Source of the DNA: Patescibacteria group bacterium
GTDB lineage: Bacteria > Patescibacteriota > Minisyncoccia > Phycocordibacterales > UBA9973
Assembly (NCBI GenBank): GCA_040384805.1
Contig: JAZKIP010000001.1
Location: 51,981 to 115,980, forward strand
DNA length: 64,000 bases
Reading direction: 5' to 3'
A model generated the notes under the pieces. The model made no database searches. It was not told the DNA's origin and worked only from the letters and a program-made list of their open reading frames with translations. The position numbers and the translations under genes are program-made. The stretch's first letter is position 1. Each line of letters begins with the position of its first letter. Shown here piece by piece: positions 30,574 through 40,982 of the stretch.

Positions 30574-31690
30574 GGGACAAAGCTATGTTAAGTGCCTCTT
30601 GGGCGATCTTTTCGGCGGCAAGAGGTGAGGCGAACGAAAGAGCGTGTTCTTTCATCTGGGCTAGGCGTTCAGTATTGCTTGCAAGCTTATCGATTTCTGA
30701 TATAAGGACATGCGGGGACAGATTTCCCTCTTCGATCACTTCGCATGCCCCGGTGCGCGCGTAACTGAATGCGTTTTTCCGTTGATGATCGCCATTGGAA
30801 TGTGAAATGGGAATAATGATGGAGGGCACGCCCCATGAGGCGATCTCAAAGATCGTCGAACCCGCACGAGAGATGACAAGCGTGGCGATCCCTGCCGCCA
30901 TCTTGGTTTCTAGAGTATTCACATACGGGAACGGCTTATAACGTCCCTTATTAGGATTATTTTCAAGAACAAGATTCGATCGGGAATAGACATCATCGAA
31001 AAGCTTTGTACCTGTCTGATGAATCACCTGATAGCGGGAAACAAGATCCGGAAGAGCTTCGATGATCGTATTGTTGATTATTTCAGCCCCCGACGAGCCG
31101 CCCAAAATGACGATAACCGGCAAAGCCGATGTCAGCTTGAAAAAGTCAGCTGCTCCTTCAGGGCTGCCGTGAAGAATATCCTTGCGGATCGGTTGGCCTG
31201 TCCACGCCGTCTTTTCTTTTGGAAGAAATTGTGCCGCCTCGGGCCATGAGAGAGCAACGCGCTTTGCGAATTTTGCCGTCCACAGATTCAGGCGTCCCGG
31301 TGCTGAATCAGATTCATGAACGATGACCGGTACGCGCAGGAGTCTGGCCGCAAAGACGGCGGGAAATGCGGCATATCCCCCCTTTGATACGACGACGTCG
31401 GGATAGATGAAGAACATCGACAGCAATCCGAAAAATGCTCCGACAGATGTTTTTATAACATCTGTCGCATTGCGCAAAGAGAAATATAATCGCATCTTGC
31501 CGGCTGGGATCTCTACATAGGCAATCCCATTTTCAAAAAGCATCCGCTTGTCATAGGGGGCATCTGACATGTAGTAGAGTTTTAGGTCGACAATCTTTTG
31601 TTCTTCTGAAAGCTGGTTGAGTTTTTCGGCGATGGCGATGAGCGGATAGAAATGCCCTCCTGTGCCTCCGCCTGTAAGCAGTATTTTCAT
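30563..31690 (-). CDS. murG: Lipid II GlcNAc transferase MurG
   Basis: GGGTGGH, KGGY, HESD, GGSSG, SRAG, HQRKNA. Confidence 0.96.
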   Translation of the reverse strand: MKILLTGGGTGGHFYPLIAIAEKLNQLSEEQKIVDLKLYYMSDAPYDKRMLFENGIAYVEIPAGKMRLYFSLRNATDVIKTSVGAFFGLLSMFFIYPDVVVSKGGYAAFPAVFAARLLRVPVIVHESDSAPGRLNLWTAKFAKRVALSWPEAAQFLPKEKTAWTGQPIRKDILHGSPEGAADFFKLTSALPVIVILGGSSGAEIINNTIIEALPDLVSRYQVIHQTGTKLFDDVYSRSNLVLENNPNKGRYKPFPYVNTLETKMAAGIATLVISRAGSTIFEIASWGVPSIIIPISHSNGDHQRKNAFSYARTGACEVIEEGNLSPHVLISEIDKLASNTERLAQMKEHALSFASPLAAEKIAQEALNIALSHES

Positions 31691-31702
31691 ATATCCTTTA
31701 TA

Positions 31703-32827
31703 TTAACTTATTTTACGGCTTTTTTCCAAGCTCTTTTTCTGGTGTCGGGAAATATTGAGAATAATTCCCATGATGCCGAGAGACAGAAGCAATGCTGTTC
31801 CTCCGTGACTGATAAAGACAAGAGGAACTCCCGTCAGAGGAAAGACTCCGATGATCGAGGCTATATTCATGAATGATTGAGCGATGATCATAGTGATTGC
31901 GCCGATGACGAAAAGCTTGCTGAATGAGTCGGGTGCATGATAGGCAATCCGATATCCGCGCAGAGCGAATGCCACGAAAAGGCAAATGATAAGGGCGCAT
32001 CCGATGAATCCAAGTTCCTCTCCGATCACGGCGAAAATTGAATCGCCCTGCGGTTCCGGCAGATAATTGAATTTCTGAATGCTTTGTCCGACCCCTCTGC
32101 CGAATATTCCCCCGGAGCCGACCGATATCAGGGATTGTTGGAGTTGATATGATGAGCCGGAGCTGTTCTGGCTCGGATGAAGAAATGTTTCAATACGCTC
32201 CATAAGATAGGGTTTGAAGAAGACAAGAACGGCGAAAGCGAAGATGCTTACGACCAAAAAACCGAGAATGTATCTCCATGGCGTTCCTGAGACAAAAAGC
32301 ATGACAAGGGCTGTGATGGTAATAAGGATAATGCTTTTCGTATCCGGCTGCCGTATAAGGACAACGGCGATAATCCCCAGAAGAACGACAAGGGGCATAA
32401 TGCTGAATTTTAAATCCCGTACGCGGCCTTTGGCCCATGAGAGCCACGCGGCGAAATAGATAATAAAGCCTATTTTTAAAAATTCCACTGGCTGAAAGGA
32501 GACGCCGAAGATTGTAACCCATCGCCGCGCGCCGCCGTGGCTTAATCCGAGCGACGGCACGAAAACGAGAGCTGTCAGGATGATGGATCCGACAAATAAC
32601 GGCAGTGAATACTGTCGCCAGAATTTATACGGTATGCGCAGTCCGAAATAAAGCGCTATCGATCCTCCAACAAGGCCAAGAACGAATTGACCGAAGATAA
32701 CTCCGTAGAATTTGGTTTCGTTTTTCGCAAGAATGCCCAAGGAGGCAGATGTAAACATGACAACGCCGATCGCCACCAGTGCGATAACGATTCCAAAAAA
32801 GATCCGATCAATTCCTTTTGTCTTCAT
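31703..32827 (-). CDS. ftsW: SEDS protein FtsW
   Basis: GARRW, QPVEF, QPD, YLPE, PLTGVPLVFISHGG; between mraY and murG. Confidence 0.93.
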   Translation of the reverse strand: MKTKGIDRIFFGIVIALVAIGVVMFTSASLGILAKNETKFYGVIFGQFVLGLVGGSIALYFGLRIPYKFWRQYSLPLFVGSIILTALVFVPSLGLSHGGARRWVTIFGVSFQPVEFLKIGFIIYFAAWLSWAKGRVRDLKFSIMPLVVLLGIIAVVLIRQPDTKSIILITITALVMLFVSGTPWRYILGFLVVSIFAFAVLVFFKPYLMERIETFLHPSQNSSGSSYQLQQSLISVGSGGIFGRGVGQSIQKFNYLPEPQGDSIFAVIGEELGFIGCALIICLFVAFALRGYRIAYHAPDSFSKLFVIGAITMIIAQSFMNIASIIGVFPLTGVPLVFISHGGTALLLSLGIMGIILNISRHQKKSLEKSRKIS

Positions 32828-32838
32828 CTTTTAATTCT

Positions 32839-33888
32839 TTAACTGATTATCGAAATAATAACTCCTATGACGGCGGTAATGATGCTCAAAATCCAATAAC
32901 GCATAGTCACTTTGTATTTCGGCCACCCGATAGCTTCGAAATGATGATGAAGCGGCGCGAACAGGAAAATTCTTTTCCCTTTTCGCAATCGGCGCGATGT
33001 CATCTGAATGATGCCGGAAAGCGATGTGATGAAAAGAGGAAAGGCGATGATCGGCAGGAGCAATACGGTATCGGTCAGAAATGCGATTACAGCAAGGGTG
33101 ACGGTAAGTCCGATCATTCCCGTTTCTCCCATGTAGAATCGGGCAGGAGGAATATTAAACCACAAAAATGCCAAAATTGCTCCGGTAATGACCGCACATA
33201 AGGCCGCCAAATTCAATTGATCCTTGAAGAAGGCTATCAAGGTATATGCCATGAAAATCGAAGCCATAACTCCGCCCGAGAGCCCGTCAATCCCATCGAT
33301 CACGCTTGAAGACCAGACGCCAAGCATAATGATCATGAAAAAAGGAATAAAGAGAAATCCAACATGGATGAATCCGTACCATGGAATATAGAACTCATGT
33401 ATACCGAGCTTAGCGAAGAACCACCACCCGATCGCAAGGCCGAGTATAACGATGATACCGATCTTCAGATAACGCAGGATTATGGGATCGCGTGTCCACT
33501 TACCTTTGCCGAAAATCTGCAGGAAATCATCTCCAAGACCAATAAGCGACGCTGTAAGAAGCGTAAACAAAGGAAGAACAGTCTGATTGCGGCTTATAAA
33601 ATTAAGCTTGCTTGTAAGGGGCGTATTGAGAATAGAGTCCGAGAGAATAACCAGAAAAATAGTGATGATAACCGACATCCAGATAATGATTCCTCCCGTC
33701 CGCGGAGTTGAAAGTTCGGATGCATCGTCATGAATATCATGGAACCGGCTCACAGGAACGTTCTCTTTTCGCGATACGCGACGCCACATTTTGTACTTAT
33801 AAAAATAATGGGTTGCGACAGGGGTCAGTAGGATTCCGACGATAAAGCTTGCTGCCGCGGGGAGAAGTATTTTTAAGGCGTTAGTCAT
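32839..33888 (-). CDS. mraY: Phospho-MurNAc-pentapeptide transferase
   Basis: TPRTGG, GDD, DGIDGL, FYMGETG, APLHHHFE; start ATG 33888. Confidence 0.95.
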   Translation of the reverse strand: MTNALKILLPAAASFIVGILLTPVATHYFYKYKMWRRVSRKENVPVSRFHDIHDDASELSTPRTGGIIIWMSVIITIFLVILSDSILNTPLTSKLNFISRNQTVLPLFTLLTASLIGLGDDFLQIFGKGKWTRDPIILRYLKIGIIVILGLAIGWWFFAKLGIHEFYIPWYGFIHVGFLFIPFFMIIMLGVWSSSVIDGIDGLSGGVMASIFMAYTLIAFFKDQLNLAALCAVITGAILAFLWFNIPPARFYMGETGMIGLTVTLAVIAFLTDTVLLLPIIAFPLFITSLSGIIQMTSRRLRKGKRIFLFAPLHHHFEAIGWPKYKVTMRYWILSIITAVIGVIISIIS

Positions 33889-34420
33889 TCGTTGTTTCGG
33901 CATTAATGATTCCTTGTAATTGATTCTGTATTTCGCGGTAATTCGGCAACGCTTCAATCGAAGATGCTCCCATATAGGAAAGGGCATCAAATGAGGGTCG
34001 ATACAGGATACGCCTGCTGTCTTTCGGATCTACGATTTTTTCTATCAATCCTCGTACTAAGAGGTTTCGCAGGATAAAGCTTGAATTGACTCCTCGGATG
34101 TAATCGATTTCGCTTCGCGATACCCCATTCTTATAAAGAACGATAGAAAGAGTCTCAAGAGCGGCTTTCGACAGATCTTTCGTTATCTCCTCTTTCCTGA
34201 TTGATTCGATAAGAGGGCTCAAATCCGCTGAAATGCCGAGAACAACGGAATCATCCTTGCGAACCAGAACCAATCCCCTGTCTTTGTAGGATTCGGAAAG
34301 TTCCGCCAGAGCTTCCTCGATTTCTTCGATCGTCGCATGCAAAAGATCGGCCAGTTTCTTGACCTGTACTTCTTCGCCCTTATAAAAAAGCAATCCTTCG
34401 ATTTTTGATTCCAGTTGCAT
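33881..34420 (-). CDS. scpB: SMC-associated ScpB
   Basis: LSKAALETLSIVLY, SRSEIDYIRGVNS. Confidence 0.95.
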   Translation of the reverse strand: MQLESKIEGLLFYKGEEVQVKKLADLLHATIEEIEEALAELSESYKDRGLVLVRKDDSVVLGISADLSPLIESIRKEEITKDLSKAALETLSIVLYKNGVSRSEIDYIRGVNSSFILRNLLVRGLIEKIVDPKDSRRILYRPSFDALSYMGASSIEALPNYREIQNQLQGIINAETTND

Positions 34421-34421
34421 A

Positions 34422-35195
34422 TTATTCGATAGTTTTTGATAATTCCTGCTTGCTCATCTCGATATCTCCAAACGATGCATTTTGAATGACATCGATGATA
34501 CCTTCACGCACTAATTCTAACATGGCAAGAAATGAAACGATAACATGAACCTTCACTTCTTCTATCGTCTCACCTTTGTGACTTGCCGCAAATTCGCGAA
34601 ATGACATATTCATGGCGGTTTGGATGCGTTCAGTGAGACCTTCGATCATGTGATCGATACTGATCACCTTTTTTACCTCCACCTCAGGCAGAGGAACGAT
34701 CTTCTGCGGAGCATGAGACAAAACGTCGCTTATTCCTTGCAGCATGTTTTCAATCGTCATCCCGGGATCAGGAGAAAAAAGAGGCTCGCTCCATACACGC
34801 TCAGGAGGAGTAAAGATGATCTTCATGCCGAATGTATTCTTGATATCAATAGTTGCATTCTTGATGATCTGATAAAGGGCAAGACGCTTTTCCAAGTCAA
34901 CAATCTTTTCTTCTTCGTCGTCTGTAAGCGCGAGACTTGGCAGAAGGGATTTCGATTTTATAAGTATCAAGGTTGCCGCAATCAGGATGAAATACGAAAT
35001 ATCGGCGATTCTTTTTTCTGTATCATTCTCTGACAATGACTTGATATATGCGATGTAATCGCTGGTTACTTCTGCAAGAGATATTTCATTGACGAAAAGC
35101 TTGCGTTGTTCGATAAGGGAAAGCAGAAGATCCAGTGGCCCTTCGAATTGGCCTGCTTTGACTTTATATGCTGATAATGTATTTTCATCTGTCAT
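34422..35195 (-). CDS. scpA: Kleisin ScpA
   Basis: FEGPLDLLL, IKSKSLLP, SFLAMLEL; start ATG 35195. Confidence 0.95.
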   Translation of the reverse strand: MTDENTLSAYKVKAGQFEGPLDLLLSLIEQRKLFVNEISLAEVTSDYIAYIKSLSENDTEKRIADISYFILIAATLILIKSKSLLPSLALTDDEEEKIVDLEKRLALYQIIKNATIDIKNTFGMKIIFTPPERVWSEPLFSPDPGMTIENMLQGISDVLSHAPQKIVPLPEVEVKKVISIDHMIEGLTERIQTAMNMSFREFAASHKGETIEEVKVHVIVSFLAMLELVREGIIDVIQNASFGDIEMSKQELSKTIE

Positions 35196-35200
35196 AATAA

Positions 35201-35653
35201 TTATTCCTTTATCTTCTTCGCAGTCTTTGCAAGCCATGCGTCATCTGCCCGCTTGTAATCATGAGAAGAAATATATCCCTCATAAGTATCGAAGAATTTA
35301 TCAGGTTTTCCTATGTTCTGTTTCCGCTCTCCTTTTTGAGTGCCGTGCATCGGAAAAAGCTTTGCATGAACATGATTGACTCCGAATCCTTCGAATATCA
35401 TTCCTGTACGGCCGACATCATCTAATTTTTCATCAAGCAATTTTCCGACTACCTTTGAGGCAAGAACAAGTTTGGAAAGAACATCATCGGGCAGATCGAA
35501 CGCATAGCTATCATAATGCTCCTTGGTTATGACGACAGTAAATCCTTCGGTATTTGGAAAAATCGTGAGAAATGCCAAATGATCCTGATCTTCCCAGATC
35601 GTGTATGATGGCGCCTCCCCTTTTACGATTTTACAAAAAATACAGTCTTCCAT
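35201..35653 (-). CDS. HIT family hydrolase
   Basis: DCIFCKIV, HVHAK. Confidence 0.92.
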   Translation of the reverse strand: MEDCIFCKIVKGEAPSYTIWEDQDHLAFLTIFPNTEGFTVVITKEHYDSYAFDLPDDVLSKLVLASKVVGKLLDEKLDDVGRTGMIFEGFGVNHVHAKLFPMHGTQKGERKQNIGKPDKFFDTYEGYISSHDYKRADDAWLAKTAKKIKE

Positions 35654-35655
35654 GA

Positions 35656-37074
35656 TTATTTTTTAGATATTTCTATACTTAACTCTTTTAATTGCTTGGA
35701 GGATACTTCTGACGGTGATTCCATCATGAGATCTTTTCCTTCCCCTGTCTTTGGAAAAGGAATGACTTCGCGGATATTAGGTTCTCCTTCAAGAAGCATT
35801 AATAGGCGGTCAAAACCCCAGGCGATACCTCCATGTGGAGGTGTCCCCGTGCCTAAAGCATGGAGCATGTGGCCGAAATTTTTATCGATATTCTCGTCGG
35901 TATGCCCAATAATACGAAGGACTTGTTGAAGGGCGTCAGGTGTGTGGTTTCTGATGCTTCCTCCTCCGATCTCATATCCGTTAAGTATTATATCGTATTG
36001 GGTTGTCAGAATGTTGCCTATGTCTTTTCTTTCCATAAGACTATTCATATGCTCTGGAATCGGTGCGGAAAAGGGATTATGAGTGAAAGTCCACTCACCT
36101 TCGGCTTGTGGATTATCAGACTTATCGGTTCTTTCGAAGAAAGGAAATTCGACAACCCACGCAAATGCAAGAATGTTCGGGTCATCTTTGTCGTTTCGGA
36201 TATCAGGCCTGTCGTTGCCATATTTTTCCATAGCTTCTTTGTATGTAATTCGGGGAAAAGGAATCTGCTGAATCTTTTTTTCAGGATAAAGCTTCGTTAC
36301 AAGATCGATCAATAATTTTTCGTTGACATTCATAACATCTTCTTGCTCAACAAAACTCATTTCAAGATCAAGCTGTGTAAATTCTGGTTGGCGGTCACCA
36401 CGCGTGTCTTCGTCACGCATACAGCGCGCGATCTGGAAATATTTTTCCATACCCCCAGCCATTAAAAGCTGCTTGTACTGCTGGGGCGACTGTGGCAATG
36501 CATAGAAAGTTCCGGGGTATAACCGAGACGGCACTATATAATCACGTGCTCCTTCAGGTGTCGATTTCGTAAGTATAGGAGTTTCAATTTCAATAAAATT
36601 CTCCTTATCAAGGAAATCACGAATGAATTTAGTAACTCGATGACGATTGCGAATATTCTTCTGCATGCGCGGACGGCGCAGATCAAGGTAGCGGTATTGC
36701 AAGCGGTGCTCTTCTCCGATCTCTTTGCCGTCGCTTGTTACATCGAAGTTTGGCGTATTTGAAGCATTGAGGATCTCAATTCCAATAATCTCAAGCTCTA
36801 TGTCGCCATTAACCACTCCTTCTTTGATATTTCTCTCTGGTCGCTTGTTTACTAAGCCTTTTATTTTGATAACCCACTCTGAGCGGACTTCTTTGACTTG
36901 CTCCATTGCTTCCGCATGGTTCGGGAGAACTACTCCCTGAACTTTGCCCGTCATGTCACGCATGTCCATGAAGACAAGCTTGCCTTGGTCGCGCCTGACA
37001 TCAACCCATCCGGCGATGAGGACTTCTTTTCCAACATGCTCTCCTAAATCTTTTATATATATTCTGTCTTTCAT
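35656..37074 (-). CDS. aspS: Aspartate--tRNA ligase, compact (no GAD insertion)
   Basis: RYLDLR, LPQSPQ, RDED.RGDRQPEFTQLD, PPHGGIAWGFDR; start ATG 37074. Confidence 0.97.
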   Translation of the reverse strand: MKDRIYIKDLGEHVGKEVLIAGWVDVRRDQGKLVFMDMRDMTGKVQGVVLPNHAEAMEQVKEVRSEWVIKIKGLVNKRPERNIKEGVVNGDIELEIIGIEILNASNTPNFDVTSDGKEIGEEHRLQYRYLDLRRPRMQKNIRNRHRVTKFIRDFLDKENFIEIETPILTKSTPEGARDYIVPSRLYPGTFYALPQSPQQYKQLLMAGGMEKYFQIARCMRDEDTRGDRQPEFTQLDLEMSFVEQEDVMNVNEKLLIDLVTKLYPEKKIQQIPFPRITYKEAMEKYGNDRPDIRNDKDDPNILAFAWVVEFPFFERTDKSDNPQAEGEWTFTHNPFSAPIPEHMNSLMERKDIGNILTTQYDIILNGYEIGGGSIRNHTPDALQQVLRIIGHTDENIDKNFGHMLHALGTGTPPHGGIAWGFDRLLMLLEGEPNIREVIPFPKTGEGKDLMMESPSEVSSKQLKELSIEISKK

Positions 37075-37094
37075 ATGTGACCTTAAGCTTAGAG

Positions 37095-37279
37095 AAAACA
37101 AAAATCGCCTCTCTAAACGTATTAAATAATAATACATTTATAGGGGCGATGTTTGTCGCGGTGCCACCCTACTTTTGAACTCTTTGCGCTTTATCGCAAG
37201 CAGTGCGGAAGGTTCTACTTGTCCGTCTGGGGCGGATTTTCTTCCTTCGCCTCCCCAGTGTCAGCTGGTTCAAAGGCAT
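37095..37279 (-). promoter_or_regulatory. T-box riboswitch leader (transcriptional) with atypical 5' domain
   Basis: AGGGTGGCACCGCG at 37170-37157, overlapping antiterminator and terminator, directly upstream of aspS. Confidence 0.8.
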
Positions 37280-37316
37280 ATATTTATAGTATCACAAAGA
37301 TTTCGAATAAAAAAGC

Positions 37317-37595
37317 TTAATGAATATCCTTCGCGATGAGGAATTCATACGGCACGGAAATGACGAATGTTATGCCCACAAGAATCCAATAAAAGGGTGT
37401 AAAAGCGTAATACATTACCTCGTCCTTTTTCCGCATGCCGAAATACCATTTCTGGACAGCAGTCTGGAAAGCATTAAGCGGGATATAAATAATTCCTAAA
37501 GCCACGGTCAAAAGAACGCGCACAGGCTTAAGGAGCATGATGGCAAAATAGATAGCGGCTATGATCAGTATGACCCGTATGATTTCGTAGAGCAT
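37317..37595 (-). CDS. Small membrane protein
   Basis: 92-aa hydrophobic ORF after trpS. Confidence 0.7.
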   Translation of the reverse strand: MLYEIIRVILIIAAIYFAIMLLKPVRVLLTVALGIIYIPLNAFQTAVQKWYFGMRKKDEVMYYAFTPFYWILVGITFVISVPYEFLIAKDIH

Positions 37596-37602
37596 ATAGG
37601 CA

Positions 37603-38574
37603 TTATAAATTTACTCCTATTTTATCGCGCACTTCGGTCATTTTCGCATCCATGAAGACTTTCGCCTTGTGGGCACCTTCGCGAAGAATCTGGCGGACAA
37701 GATCGGGATCGTTTTCGTATTTTTTCCTCCTTTCCCTCAGGGGAGAGATATATGAGATAATTTCCGATGCAAGCATGTCTTTCGATTCTTTATATCCAAT
37801 ACCTCCATCCTGATATCGTTTTCGCAAAGTGCCGATATCTTCATTGTTGAGAAATAATTTATGAAGAGCAAAAATATTGCATGTCTCGGGATCTTTTGGC
37901 TCCTCGGGAGTTTTCGAATCCGTGACGATGCTCATGACAGCTTTCTTGATCTCTTCATCGCTTCCAAATAGCGGGATAATATTGCCATAACTTTTCGACA
38001 TTTTTCGCCCGTCAGTTCCCGGAACGATCGCGACTGTTTCTAAGATCATAGGTTCCGGCATTTTGAATGTCTCGCCGAAAATATTATTGAATTTCTGTGC
38101 CGTATCGCGCGCATATTCAATATGCTGTTTCTGGTCGGCTCCGACAGGAACGATATCGGCATCATGAATCAAGATGTCTGCAGTCATCAGAAGCGGATAG
38201 TCAAAAAGACCCATGGTAACCTCTTTGGCTTTCATATGAGCATCCTTGTAGGCTGTTGCGCGTTCAAGGTAAGCGACAGTCGTAATACAATTGAAATACC
38301 ATGTAAGTTCGGTGACATACGGGAGATCGGACTGCTTGAAGATAATTACTTTGGCAGGATCAAGTCCTGCAGCAAGATAATCCATGGCGATTTCGAGCGT
38401 TCCTTGGGAAAGCTTCTCCCTGTCCTGAACTGTCGTTAATGCATGGAGATCGACAATGATGATGCGGCTGTCATAAGCGTCCTGAAGATCAACAAATTGC
38501 TTTATAGCTCCGAAATAATTGCCTATATGGAGCGTTCCTGACGGCTGAATACCTGAAACGAGTACTTTTTTCAT
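37603..38574 (-). CDS. trpS: Tryptophan--tRNA ligase
   Basis: SGIQPSG, HIGN, VPVGADQ, KMSKS; start ATG 38574. Confidence 0.98.
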   Translation of the reverse strand: MKKVLVSGIQPSGTLHIGNYFGAIKQFVDLQDAYDSRIIIVDLHALTTVQDREKLSQGTLEIAMDYLAAGLDPAKVIIFKQSDLPYVTELTWYFNCITTVAYLERATAYKDAHMKAKEVTMGLFDYPLLMTADILIHDADIVPVGADQKQHIEYARDTAQKFNNIFGETFKMPEPMILETVAIVPGTDGRKMSKSYGNIIPLFGSDEEIKKAVMSIVTDSKTPEEPKDPETCNIFALHKLFLNNEDIGTLRKRYQDGGIGYKESKDMLASEIISYISPLRERRKKYENDPDLVRQILREGAHKAKVFMDAKMTEVRDKIGVNL

Positions 38575-38680
38575 CCCATATGAGATAGGGATCCTATGAT
38601 CTCCCATCTGTAAATTAAATAATAAATATATGTCCGCTATAAATCTTCTAAAACATACTTATGTATATCTCATACGGGAC
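38573..38680 (-). mobile_element. Inverted-repeat (MITE-like) element ending in trpS start codon
   Basis: minus strand GTCCCGTATGAGATA ... TATCTCATATGGGAT(G). Confidence 0.6.
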
Positions 38681-38789
38681 ACGTATATATAAATCATAGC
38701 AAAAAAGACTTTGTTTTGCACATCTTACCCACAGAGTTGTTCATTTTTGGGGAATTTTGAGACTTGCCACATATGCTACAATAGGGACT

Positions 38790-40196
38790 ATGGCAGACAG
38801 AAATACCCATCACAAAGCGAACTTACGAGTTCCTCCTCACAGTCTGGAATCCGAGAAAGCGGTTCTTGGATCAATAATGCTTCGCCCGGGAGCTATCCAT
38901 GAGATCAGCGATATTATCTTTGCCGAATGCTTTTACGCTTCCAAGCACGGGCAGATTTACAACACAATGCTTGAGATTTCAAGTAAGGGCGATCCGATCG
39001 ATATTCTTTCTGTTTCGCATAAACTCGGGGAGAAAGGTCTTATTGACCAGGTTGGCGGCTCGCATTATTTAAGCGAACTTGCCGATGCTGTTCCGGCATC
39101 GACGAATATAAAGCATTATGCGGAAATCGTCGTTAAGAAGCATATTCTTCGCAAGATCATTGAAGCGGGCGCCGATATTTCCGAGCTTGGTTTCCGAGAA
39201 GATATCGAGGATGTTTTCGAGACGCTTGATCATGCGGAAAAGCGCATGATGGGAATCAACAACAATGCGAGCAGCCATACCTATACCTCTTTAAAGCAAA
39301 GCTTGCCTGAGGCATGGGAACGTCTTGAAAAGCTTCACGACAACAAGGGCGAACTTCGCGGCGTACCGACAGGCTTTCACGATCTTGATCAATATCTTTC
39401 CGGTCTCCAAAAATCCGATCTTGTCATTATTGCCGCGAGACCTTCGATGGGTAAAACCACCCTTGTTCTTGATATCGCCCGTCAGACGGCGCTTACGCAT
39501 GGAACTCCGACCATTATATTCTCCCTTGAAATGAGTACCCAGCAGCTTGTTGACCGCATGCTCGCCGCTCAGTCGAAAGTGAATGCCTGGAATCTGCGAA
39601 CCGGTAATCTTTCGGCTGAAAATGAATTCGCCAAGATTCGAGACTCTCTTGATCATCTGTCACGCGCTCCTATTTTCGTCGATGACATGGCCGGCAATTC
39701 GATTGTCCGCATGCGTTCAGTCTGTAGACGTATCCGCGCTGAGCATGGCTTGGGCCTGATTATCGTCGACTATCTGCAATTGATGTCGACATCAAAAAAT
39801 TATGACAGTATGGTCAATCAGGTAACTGAGATTTCTCGATCACTTAAGGCCCTTGCCAAGGAATTCAATGTTCCCGTTGTCGCCTTGTCTCAGCTTTCCC
39901 GTGCTGTCGAATCACGCGGTGGCCGGCCCCGTCTATCGGATCTTCGTGACTCGGGATCCATTGAACAGGATGCCGATGTCGTCATGTTTATTCACAGCGA
40001 AGACAAGGGCAAAGACGAGCATGAGCAGACCCATATTACAGAGATTCTTATCGAAAAGCATCGTAATGGTCCTGTCGGCAAAGTGGACATCTTCTTTGAC
40101 AAGAAATCAGCGACATTCATGAATATCGAGAAGACTAATATCAACCAATTCGCCTCTTCCTTCGACTCGCCTGCACGCGATGTTGATCACTTTTAA
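38790..40196 (+). CDS. dnaB: Replicative DNA helicase
   Basis: PPHSLESE, ARPSMGKT, DYLQL, QLSR, DLRDSGSIEQDAD, KHRNG; start ATG 38790. Confidence 0.98.
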   Translation: MADRNTHHKANLRVPPHSLESEKAVLGSIMLRPGAIHEISDIIFAECFYASKHGQIYNTMLEISSKGDPIDILSVSHKLGEKGLIDQVGGSHYLSELADAVPASTNIKHYAEIVVKKHILRKIIEAGADISELGFREDIEDVFETLDHAEKRMMGINNNASSHTYTSLKQSLPEAWERLEKLHDNKGELRGVPTGFHDLDQYLSGLQKSDLVIIAARPSMGKTTLVLDIARQTALTHGTPTIIFSLEMSTQQLVDRMLAAQSKVNAWNLRTGNLSAENEFAKIRDSLDHLSRAPIFVDDMAGNSIVRMRSVCRRIRAEHGLGLIIVDYLQLMSTSKNYDSMVNQVTEISRSLKALAKEFNVPVVALSQLSRAVESRGGRPRLSDLRDSGSIEQDADVVMFIHSEDKGKDEHEQTHITEILIEKHRNGPVGKVDIFFDKKSATFMNIEKTNINQFASSFDSPARDVDHF

Positions 40197-40204
40197 ACAT
40201 ATAA

Positions 40205-40334
40205 ATCCTGTAGTAAAAATGGCATTATGTATAACTATCATAAAGAAATAAAAATATGCAGTACATATAAAAGGTCTTTATTAGATTTAACTAATAAAAA
40301 TGGCAGAGCCTATGCCATTTTTCACTAACGGGAT
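40205..40334 (+). mobile_element. Inverted-repeat (MITE-like) element ending in recR start codon
   Basis: ATCCTGTAGTAAAAATGGCAT ... ATGCCATTTTTCACTAACGGGAT(G). Confidence 0.6.
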
Positions 40335-40947
40335 GAACCCCATTGAGCGCCTCGCGGAATATTTTAAAGAATTTCCCGGTATCGGCGAGCGTCAGGCAAA
40401 GCGCTTTGTTTATTTTCTTCTTCGCAAAAATCCCCAGTATGTCAAAGATCTTGCCGATGCGGTTCTTATTCTTCGTGATTCCATTCATCAGTGCTCCTCC
40501 TGTTTTTTATTCTTCAAAGGGAATGCGGGAGAACTCTGCGACATATGCGGGAATCCCAAGACTGACTCGAGCACACTTATGATCGTAGAAAAGGATGCCG
40601 ATGTTGAAAGCATCAAAAAGAGCAAGATATATACCGGCAAATATTTCATATTAGGAGGTTTGGTGCCGATTGTAACAAAAGAGACTCCGACGTTCGTTCG
40701 GACAAAGGAATTAACAAGAACCATCGAAGAACGATCGAAAACGTCTGATCTTGCGGAAATTATTATTGCTTTGTCTCTCAATCCTCAAGGAGAACATACT
40801 GACATGTATGTGCGGGAACTTTTATCCCCGCTTGAAAAAAAATACGGGTTCAAGATCGTATCTCTTGGCCGAGGTCTCTCGACCGGTACGGAGCTTGAAT
40901 ACTCCGACAGCGAGACGATCAAGAACGCTTTGCGGAACAGGTCTTAA
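40333..40947 (+). CDS. recR: Recombination mediator RecR
   Basis: FPGIGERQA HhH, C4 zinc finger, Toprim, LEYSD. Confidence 0.96.
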   Translation: MNPIERLAEYFKEFPGIGERQAKRFVYFLLRKNPQYVKDLADAVLILRDSIHQCSSCFLFFKGNAGELCDICGNPKTDSSTLMIVEKDADVESIKKSKIYTGKYFILGGLVPIVTKETPTFVRTKELTRTIEERSKTSDLAEIIIALSLNPQGEHTDMYVRELLSPLEKKYGFKIVSLGRGLSTGTELEYSDSETIKNALRNRS

Positions 40948-40982
40948 TAAAATAAAACCGCGCACTGCGCGGTTTTATTTTA
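40948..40982. terminator. Bidirectional terminator recR/rplU
   Basis: aaataaaaccgcgca-c-tgcgcggttttattt. Confidence 0.85.

Noticed and set aside
38580-38700. T-box before trpS
   Set aside because: No GGTGGNACC motif; region is explained by the inverted-repeat element
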